Shown here piece by piece: positions 54,962 to 64,000 of a stretch of 64,000 bases of DNA. The stretch is from Octopus vulgaris (Eukaryota). The DNA lies in assembly GCA_951406725.2 (NCBI GenBank), contig OX597815.1, forward strand, positions 17,174,001-17,238,000, given 5' to 3'. A program made the position numbers and the translations under genes. The notes under the pieces are model-generated. The model worked only from the letters and a program-made list of their open reading frames with translations, was not told the DNA's origin and did not search any database. The number at the start of each line of letters is the position of its first letter. Position 1 is the stretch's first letter.

Positions 54962-54992
<31 letters not shown>

Positions 54993-55935
54993 ATGCGTAG
55001 ATATATATAAAGAGATATGTGTGATAGTATGTGATGTGTGTGTCTGTGTATGTGTGTGTGTAAGCATACTAATTTGTTTCACGATAATACAGGATACGTT
55101 TGCCGGTTTACATAACTGTCTCAGCTGGAACACCGGACGGAAGAGCATGAGGTTTTATGTCAGGCTCAAAGTTAATTTAATTTTATGATCTTTTTTTTTT
55201 CATTACTGGCTGTCTTATACTCATACCACCACTATCTTCGCCAGCAGCACTTCCAATAACAACACAACCAGTATGCAAAAGCAATCCCATCATCCACAAG
55301 CATCACCAATATCATCAACACCACCAGCAACAACAGTAGAAATATCACCACCACAACCCCCATCACTGCTGCCATCAGCATCACCAACTCAACTACAACA
55401 CATCACCATTACAACCAGCGTCGTCTATATTATTAAGGCATTATCTAGAAGTTCCATAATTACTCGTTTGCTTCAGATAAAGTTTTCGTGTAAAATAAAA
55501 AGGGAAAATATTGGATAGATTGAGGTTCTCGACTGATTGATTATTTAAAAAATTCTAATGAAATATATATTTCTTTACTACCCACAAGGGGCTAAACATA
55601 GAAGGGACAAACAAGGACAGACAAACGGATTAAGTCGATTACATCGACCCCAGTGCGAAACTGGTCCTTTATTTATCGATCCCGAAAGGATGAAAGGCAA
55701 AGTCGACCTCGGCGGAATTTGAACTCAGAACGTAACGACAGACGAAATACCGCTAAGCATTTCGCCCGGCGCGCTAACGTTTCTGCCAGCTCGTCGCCCT
55801 ATTCTAATGAAATATAAGTTAATTCTTTAAGTGTTTCGATAGTAGTGTGTGGTTATCGGTGGAATCACATTTTTAAATTCAAATTTAATTTTGTTTTTAG
55901 ATATTTCTTTTGAGATTTCTATTTAATAATAATAA
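53860..55935. repeat. pair of ~240 bp inverted repeats ~1.35 kb apart
   Basis: 53860-54107 is the reverse complement of 55456-55567 plus 55817-55935; both end outward in (TAA)n. Confidence 0.9.
55568..55800 (-). mobile_element. SINE-A monomer
   Basis: Perfect 16-bp TSD ATTCTAATGAAATATA (55552-55567, 55801-55816). Confidence 0.93.
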
Positions 55936-56177
55936 AAAGTAGACATATTAAATTTCTAAATATCTCAGAGAGATATAAGCAGTGGTGGAACGATAGAGCA
56001 GTTGTATATTGTCAACTTAACGTGACAGTCCCATAAAGGGAATCACACCACCGCTATTTAGCTCTAGGAAGCACCAACGCTTCCTGTCGGCCTTGACACA
56101 TTTCCTGTGTCCTTATGACTAAATAACGGTGGTGTACTTCCCTTTATTTGGACTAAGGACACAGGAAATGTGTTAAG

Positions 56178-56372
56178 CAGCACGCCAGGTAAAATGCTTA
56201 GCAGAATTTCATCTGTCTTCATGTTCTGAGTTCAAATACTGCCGAGGTCGACTGTGCCTTTCTTCTTTTCGGGGTCGATAAAATAAGTACCAGTTGAGTT
56301 CTGGATGCAATGGAATCGATTTACTCGCCTCCCACGAAATTTCAGGCCTTGTGTTTAAAAGAGAAAGAATTA
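56178..56372 (+). mobile_element. older SINE-A copy, 5' truncated
   Basis: B box, body and older tail GAAATTTCAGGCCTTGTG..GAAAGAATTAT. Confidence 0.8.
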
Positions 56373-56584
56373 TCTAGAAGTGCTGTGGTGGATCTTCCCT
56401 CGGTGATAACGATGAGCATTCAGATTTTCTTCCAACTGAATTCCTCCGGAAATTAACGTATAAATGGCTGAGAATTCCGCCGACACATGCACTCTTTGCA
56501 CAATTCTCAATGAGTAAAAGAATGTGACATTATAAGAAGGTGAGGATCTTGAATTACAGATACAACTATACAATTCAATGTGAG

Positions 56585-56641
<57 letters not shown>

Positions 56642-57059
56642 GGAGTGAGTGTGTGTGTTCCGTGTGTGTATGCGTATGTGTGTTTATTGACACCAAACGG
56701 CTAAAATACAGAGGTAGCATCGGTGGGATTTGAAGTCGACTCAGAAGAAACCGAGACTAACGCTGTACTAACAAATCCGTGCTGTAGTTATTATTGTCGT
56801 CAGTAACATTTTACAAACCGACATTTTACTTACCAATTACACCTGTGATATCTCCTCCAATAAAATGTTACCTTCTCTCTTCCTGCCCAATCATATTCCC
56901 AAATCCTCGTCTTCTGATTGTTGCAGCTCCTCCCCTACTCCTACCTTTTCATAATCATCATCAACAACATCATCATCATCATCATCATCTATTTGTTATC
57001 TTCCAGTTCCTTCCATTTTTTCTTATTTAATAATTTTCATCTTTCTCGACATCGTCATT

Positions 57060-57378
57060 GCCATCCTCCTCCTCCCCCTCCTCATCTTCCACTCCCTCCT
57101 GCCCCTCCTGCCCCTCCTCCGCCTTCTGCTCCTCCTGCTCCTCTTGCACCTGCTCCTCCTACTCCTGCTCCTGCTCCTCCCCTCCTCCTCTTCCACTTCA
57201 TCCTGCTCCTCCTCCCCTCCTCCGCCTTCTGCTCCTCCTGCACCTGCTTCTTCTCCTGCTCCTCCCCCTCCCCCACCTTCTGCTTCTCCTGCTCTTGCTC
57301 TTCCTGCTCTTGCTCTTCCTGCTCTTGCTCTTCCTGCAACTGCTCCTCCTCCTCCTCCTCGTCCTCCGCCTCCTCCTT
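57060..57378. repeat. (CCT/CTG/CTT)-rich low-complexity tract
   Basis: Direct reading; open in many frames. Confidence 0.9.
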
Positions 57379-58043
57379 ATCAACTTCAACCGCAACATCT
57401 GCAGTATTCTCTATGATTTTATTTCCCTTCTCCTTTCACAGTCTTCTTTCTCGTTTTTCCTTCTTCATCCTCCTACGTCAGCCTGTCCACTCACTTGCAT
57501 TCGACATCATTCCCCGAAGGTAATCTTCACAATGGCGACGATAACGATCTTCACTGGCGTCAATCTGCTTTAATAACGTCATATCACAGCATCGTAGCAT
57601 CTGTTTGTAGGCAGAACCATTTCGTGTAATAGCTTGTTACAGTTCAAGAAGTCTTTTATTATAAGTAGCAAAGATAAGATACTGTGATCGTTGTGTGGTG
57701 AAGAGATTCGCTATTTAACTATGGGCTTTCGGATTCGATATCATTGCACAAGATTTTGGAAAATGGTTTCTATTAAAGACTCGTAAGTAAAACACCTTAT
57801 AAGGGAAATTTGGTTGAGAGAAAGAGGGTGTAAGATTAGTACAGGTAACGACCATGTTCCTTGGTTGCAGACTTATTCGGTCATCCGGTTTAACACTAAC
57901 CATTTAAAAGTTAAAGGTAACATTTATTTTAATTACTCCTCCTTTTCCTGAGATATTTAATCGGATGTTGCCTTTCTTAAATCTTTTCGCTTTCCATGAT
58001 TCCTTATGGCTTTTTTGTGACTCTTTATCCTGTCTACTAATAT

Positions 58044-58277
58044 ATATTTCTTTACTACCCACAAGGGGCTAAACACAGAGGGGACAAACAAGGACATACA
58101 AACGGATTAAGTCGATTACATCGACCCCAGTGCGTAACTGGTACTTAATTTATCGACCCCGAAAGGATGAAAGGCAAAGTCGACTTTGGCGCAATTTGAA
58201 CTCAGAACGTAACGGCAGACGAAATACGGCTACGCATTTCGCCCGGCGTGCTAGCGGTTCTGCCAGCTCACCACCTT
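58044..58277 (-). mobile_element. SINE-A monomer
   Basis: Full head, body and young tail. Confidence 0.92.
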
Positions 58278-58472
58278 AGTATATATGCATGTATTAAAAC
58301 TAACAGTGTCGCCCGAGATTAGCGTGTCATACCATATTCATTTACAGGAAGACTTCAGGAATACATTTGAAATATTCTTTCTATTTAAATATATAAGACA
58401 TTGGGAGTGAGAGCTGTCAGACATTTAAACTAAGGTAAATTTCTAAATAAACAAGATCTAAGTTTTTGAATG

Positions 58473-58521
<49 letters not shown>

Positions 58522-58784
58522 GTAGGTATCAATATTCTGCTTTCAAAACTTCAAATATGTTTCTATCCTTACTTACCTCTTCTAAATATATTATTAAAGC
58601 TTTTATTATTAAATTATCTATGAACTACTTGATTAATAGTAATCATTAGAGTTTATCAAATTGGTTGTCTCTCACACCAGAAAACTATTGAGAAGGTTTA
58701 ACGTGGAACGAAAACAAAGAAATTAAAAAGCAAACTTAAGAAAAATATTTGTTTGTGATTCGGCAATTTTAGCAGGATAATGGA

Positions 58785-59170
58785 TGGAAGCACTCCGTCG
58801 GTTACGACGACGAGGGTTCCGGTTGATCCGAATCAACGGAACAGCCTGCTCGTGAAATTAACGTGTAAGTGGCTGAGCACTCCACAGACACGTGCACCCT
58901 TAACGTAGTTCTCGGGGATATTCAGCGTGACACAGAGAGTGACAAGGCCGGCCCTTTGAAATACAGGTACAACAGAAACAGGAAGTAAGAGTGAGAGAAA
59001 GTTGTGGTGAAAGAGTACAGCAGGGATCACCACCATCTCCTGCCGGAGCCTCGTGGAGCTTTAGGTGTTTTCGCTCAATAAACACTCACAACGCCCGGTC
59101 TGGGAATCGAAACCGCGATCCTACGACCGCGAGTCCGCTGCCCTAACCACTGGGCCATTGCGCCTCCACT
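58785..59170 (-). mobile_element. SINE-C (head + M1 + tail X), full length
   Basis: Near-identical to 16063-16450; imperfect TSD TTAGCAGG(A/G)TAA..TGG. Confidence 0.92.
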
Positions 59171-60185
59171 TTAGCAGGGTAAATGGCTGGTTCAAGGGAT
59201 TGAATGTTATTTACTCTTTGAAAGTCGTTTCCATAGCTTTTAAGTGACTATATTGAAGCTCCATAATTTATTAATCAGATTAACATTAATAAATGTTTCG
59301 CTGGGTAAATTTCATTAAAAATGAATAAATAAATAATAAACAGATATAGTTCGTTATACGATTCGAGACAAAGATACTTTTAATATGTGTAAAATGTCCT
59401 TCGATATTATGAAGGAAAATTGCGTGAAATCATGAAATAATTACAGGAGAAAGTCTATCAGATATCATCGATCGGTACAGCTATTTACTTCGATTCCATT
59501 CACCATTCAGCATAATAACGTATTTATTTAATTAAAAAAAAATCCGATTGCAAATATTTAGTGATTTCGAAAAGAGATAGCTAACATTTTAACCCCCTTT
59601 TTCACATGAATGTTTAGCAATAGAAATATGCAGGTTGTAAAATATATGGAGCCATATGATTCGGCCGCTTCTCTCTCAGCACCGTATTTATTCTTATGCA
59701 GCAAATTCAGAAGCAAATAGAATTTTCGTTAATTTACTTTTTAATGTGTAAATGTTCTTTCAGTGGCGGCAATTACTTGTCAATAGTAACTGAAAAGACA
59801 ATAGTCTAAGTATGGCCCTTCAATTCCACAGCAAACTGGTATTGGCCTATTTAGTTGTAATTGATTAATTGGAGCCACAATGATTATCTTCGGGATAAAT
59901 GTATGGCTTTCAGCTGAGAGATATTGTGCATCTCCAACAAATCAACAATTTGAGCAAAGAAAATTGTAACTGATTTATTAATAATGCAGATGTTTTGAAA
60001 TCAATTTAAGAAAGTAACAACTTTATAAGAACTGGAGGATTAACTGAAAAGAATCTTTTAGAGGTAGAATGTAGATGAGAAGTGGATATAGGTAAGAAAA
60101 GTTGCTCCATATCCTTGTTTGAGGAGACCATTCACTACTTGTTGAGTGTAATAAATCACTCATAGCAGATCAATGAATGAGACTA

Positions 60186-60557
60186 GTGGAAGCGCGTGAC
60201 TTAGTGGTTAGGGTGTCAGCATCATGATCGTAAGATTGTGGTTTCGATTCCTGAACTGGGCGACGCACATGGCCTAGTGGCTAGAGCAGCGGACTCGCGG
60301 TCTAGGGATCGCGGGTTCTAATCTCAGACCGGGCGGGCGATGTGTGTGTTTATGAGTGAAACACCTAAGTTCCACGCAGCTCCGGCAGAAGGTAATGGCG
60401 AACTTCTGCTGACTCTTTCGCCACAACTTTCTCTCACTCTTTCTTCCTGCATTTTGCAGCTCACCTGCGACGGACCAGCGACCCGTCCAGGTGGGTAACC
60501 TGTACACCAAGGAGACCGGGAAACCGGCCCTTATGAGCCAGGCGTGGCTCGAGAACG
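60186..60557 (+). mobile_element. double-headed SINE-C (two different tRNA-like heads + M1 + tail Y)
   Basis: Head 1 at 60186-60266, head 2 from ~60268; a single 14-bp TSD AATGAATGAGACTA flanks the whole. Confidence 0.88.
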
Positions 60558-61002
60558 AATGAATGAGACTAAGACTTCTAGACAGAACGTAAGTTGTCGG
60601 ATGGTGCAGTAAAAGGAGGAAGGCGTGTTTTGCGATTTAGTGACCCTGGAAATAGAAACTGATGGAGCCAACGAGGGAATCTGTATGTAATCGATCGATC
60701 TGCTAGAAATAGCATCGACCCCGCCCCTCAAATCACCCCTCATCTTTTATTTAAAAGCAAAATACAGAAGATTATTAAGTCTTAGAAACTCTGAAAAATG
60801 GAATGGTCGTGACTGGAATGTCTTCGAACGTTGGTTGGTCTTAGGTTAACCAACAGTAACAATAATTTTGGAGAAACGCCTTCATGTGATGCTTAGTGAT
60901 TTGTGGAGGTAAAAATCTGTGTTGAGTGCCATGAAATATAGAAGAATATACAATTGGTGAGTTGCAGCGAGATGATGTAATTCCAGCAAGACATGGAGAA
61001 TA

Positions 61003-61795
61003 AATAACCCTTTGTACTATAGGCACAAGGCTTGAAATTTTGGGGCAGGGGGTCAGTCGATTCGATCGACCCCATTATACAATTGATACTCAATTTATCG
61101 ACTCCGAGAGGATAAAAGGTAAAGTCGACCTCTGCCGAATTTGAACTGAGAACGTAAAGAAGAATGAAATGACTCTAAGCATTTTGCCCGGTGTGCTAAC
61201 GTTTCTGCCAGCTCACCGCCTATACGTAAAGAATAGATAATCCTTTCTGCTATAGGCACAAAGCTAGAAATTTGTGGGTGGGGGATAGTCGATTACATCG
61301 ACCCCAGTGCTCGACTGGTACCTATTTTATCGACCCCGAAAGGATGAAAGGCAAAGTCGACCTCAGCGGAATTTGAACTCAGAACGTAGCGGCAGACGAA
61401 ATACCTATTTCTTTACTACCCACAAGGGGCTAAACACAGAAGGGGCAAACGGATTAAGTCGGTTATACCGATCCCAGTGCGTAACTGGTACTCATTTAAT
61501 CGATCCCAAAAGGATGAAAGGCAAAGTCGACCTCGGCGGAATTTGAACTCAGAACGTAACGTCTGACGAAATACCGCTAAGCATTTCACTCGGCATGTTA
61601 ACGGTGTTGTCAGCTCGCCGCCTTGTGAAGAATAGATAATCTTTTATACTCTAGGCACAAGACGCGAAATTTTTGGGAGGGAGCCAGTCAATTAGATCGA
61701 CCTCAGTGCGTAACTGGTACTTAATTAATCGACTCCGAAAGGATGAAAGGCAAAGTCGATCTCAGCGGAATTTGAACTCAACGTAAAGGCATACG
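61003..61795 (-). mobile_element. cluster of 3-4 SINE-A copies in the same orientation
   Basis: Copies at ~61003-61220, 61236-61623 (dimer) and 61636-61795, separated by AGAATA(G/A)ATAA. Confidence 0.87.
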
Positions 61796-61921
61796 AATGA
61801 AGAATAAATAATGATACAAGTATGGCTCAGCATGACACAGACTCACACATTTCTTTCATTAATTATAAACACCCTTAGTCACTAAGAAAGTGCTGTTATT
61901 CTATGTCTTTTATCTTCTATA

Positions 61922-62128
61922 TTATACTTGTTTAAGACATTAGACTGCGGCCATGCTGGGGCACCAGCTTCAAGTGTTTAGTCAATTGAATCGATCTCAA
62001 GAATAAATTTAAATCTGGCATTCATTCTGTCGATATCTTTTGCCGAACCGTTAGATTACAGAGGCGTAAACAAAGTAATACCGGTTGTCAAGTTGTGGGA
62101 ACAAACGCCAACATGGTGACACCCACAC

Positions 62129-62163
<35 letters not shown>

Positions 62164-62385
62164 TGTCTGTCTGTGCATCTGCCTGCCTGCCTGCTTGCTT
62201 GTCCGTCTGCCTGTCTGCTTGCCTGTCTGTTTGCCTATCTGTCTCTCTGTATATATATATATATATATATATGTATGCATATGTACACACGTCAGGCTTC
62301 CACATAGTTTCCGCCTGCCAAACTGACTGACAAGATATTGGTCTGATCGGGGCTAAACTGGAAGTCACTTGTCCGAGGTGCTGCA
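61922..62385 (-). mobile_element. old SINE-B copy
   Basis: Diverged; the internal microsatellite is replaced by (TA)n-(CTGY)n-(TA)n. Confidence 0.75.
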
Positions 62386-62852
62386 GAGCATCAATTCAGT
62401 TGAGTCAGTATTTCGTATCATGTAACATATTATGTCATCATAGCGTATCACTATATTTGTAAATCGCTGATTCTAATCTGGAAGTTGAATATCAAATGTC
62501 ATTGAAACGGATTTCTTAATGTTGAATATAAGGAATTTCCAAGAGAGATAGTTTGATGCAGAAAGTATTAAAGATTTTATTTTGGGGAAATTCTTCATTT
62601 ACAGTGATAGAACAATTTTTCAATGTATACAAGAAAATGAAAATTTCTAAAGTGGCGAATATAGTTAATTTTGCTATGTACATTTACACGGGTGGCGTGA
62701 ATATGTGCACTGTCTAAACAATATACAAAACGAAGAGCATAATTGTCGGGTCCTATTCAACAGTTATTGTTCCACATTTTTATCATTGTTGTCGTTGTAC
62801 TCGTCATCTGCTTACTAAAAATTAGAAGAAACGTTAGTCACCTAAATATTAA

Positions 62853-63245
62853 TTTCAAATTACAAGGCTAGCAATTTCGGGGGAAGGGGTAAGTCCATTA
62901 CATCGACCCGAGCGCTCGGCTGAATTGGTAATTATTTTATCGAACCCGAAGAGATGAAAGGCAAATATCGACAGCGGTGGAATACCACAAAGCATTTTTC
63001 CAGGCTCAGTAACTATTCTTGTTTCTTTAGTGCTCACAAGGAGCTACACACAGAGGACAAACAAGGACAGACAAACGGATTAAGTCGATTACATCGACCC
63101 CAGTGCATAACTGGTACTTAATTTATCGAACCCGAAAGGATGAAAGGCAAAGTCGACCTCGGCGGAATTTGAACCCAGAACGTAGCGGCAGACGAAATAC
63201 AGCTAAACATTTTTCCGGGCTTGGTAACTATTCTGCCAGCTCACA
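62853..63245 (-). mobile_element. old SINE-A remnant plus adjacent younger SINE-A copy
   Basis: Older-tail copy at 62853-63020 and young-tail copy at 63021-63245. Confidence 0.82.
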
Positions 63246-64000
63246 GTCTAACGTCACTTAAATATTACAAAGCATTATTTTCTATTGATCTGTCTGTTGT
63301 ACGAATATAATGGCAGCATAACCAACTAGACGTAATATTTCAAAACTGTGAGGAATCGTTGTAAAATTGAGAAGGGATATTTTCCTAAATTTATTTCAAA
63401 CTGAAAAACTGCTTTCTAATGTAACGCCTTAAACATTAATATATCATATGTTGTCATAAATTCGACGATTTCATTATTTCATAAACAGAGGATTTTGTTT
63501 GTACTACTCTTACGTAAAAGTTTACAGATGTACATAGACTCTTAAATTATTCATAAAGTTGTTTTAAATTTGGCTTTGTACAATACAGATGAATGAGATG
63601 TATCAGAAATATGTCAAAATAAAAAAAAATCCCAATTTTTTTTTCCCCGAAGCTGATCCTAGAATACGAACAAGTTATTATTATTTTTTTTGTTATAATC
63701 AATATCTCTGCGAGGAAAGCTGAAATATATCGATAATAGAAAATATATGATATTTATTACTATTCTAGAAAGGAAATAAAATGTTTAAAATGTTATAATA
63801 TAACAGTGATACCAGCATGAAGAGAGGGGCATTAACGGGCATCATTGAAGAACACAGAGAAGCACTCACTGATATCAGAAATTTTCCAACTCCACAGTAG
63901 AACCAATGTTACGAATACTCTACTGATCAGTCATGTTTCAGAAGATGAGTGGTATACCTTGTGTGGAATTGTTGTTAATCTCAGATCAGCTCTGATCGAA

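Noticed and set aside
56918-57573. Pro/Ser/Cys-rich ORFs
   Set aside because: Low-complexity tract open in several frames; no splice or domain support.

Overview
AT-rich, extremely repeat-dense animal genomic DNA, most likely intergenic or intronic sequence from an octopod cephalopod (inferred from the SINE families and microsatellite load). No intact host protein-coding gene is supported, and nearly all long ORFs in the track are microsatellite artefacts. The window is a mosaic of at least three tRNA-headed SINE groups (my labels A, B and C, the last modular) and decayed LINE pieces (RTE twice, CR1, R4/Dong-like). It also holds Penelope-like fragments, three dead Tc1/mariner elements, a Merlin-like MITE, two non-autonomous Helitrons and many micro/minisatellites. 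The most interesting patterns are: (1) several short islands, most next to (TA)n tracts, carrying minimal type-I hammerhead ribozyme motifs, the best at 15232-15278; (2) a SINE that recurs as head-(body)n concatemers with one fixed, self-complementary junction; (3) combinatorial head/middle/tail shuffling among SINEs; (4) several long or branched inverted repeats. Coordinates were read by eye and ends may be off by a few bases.
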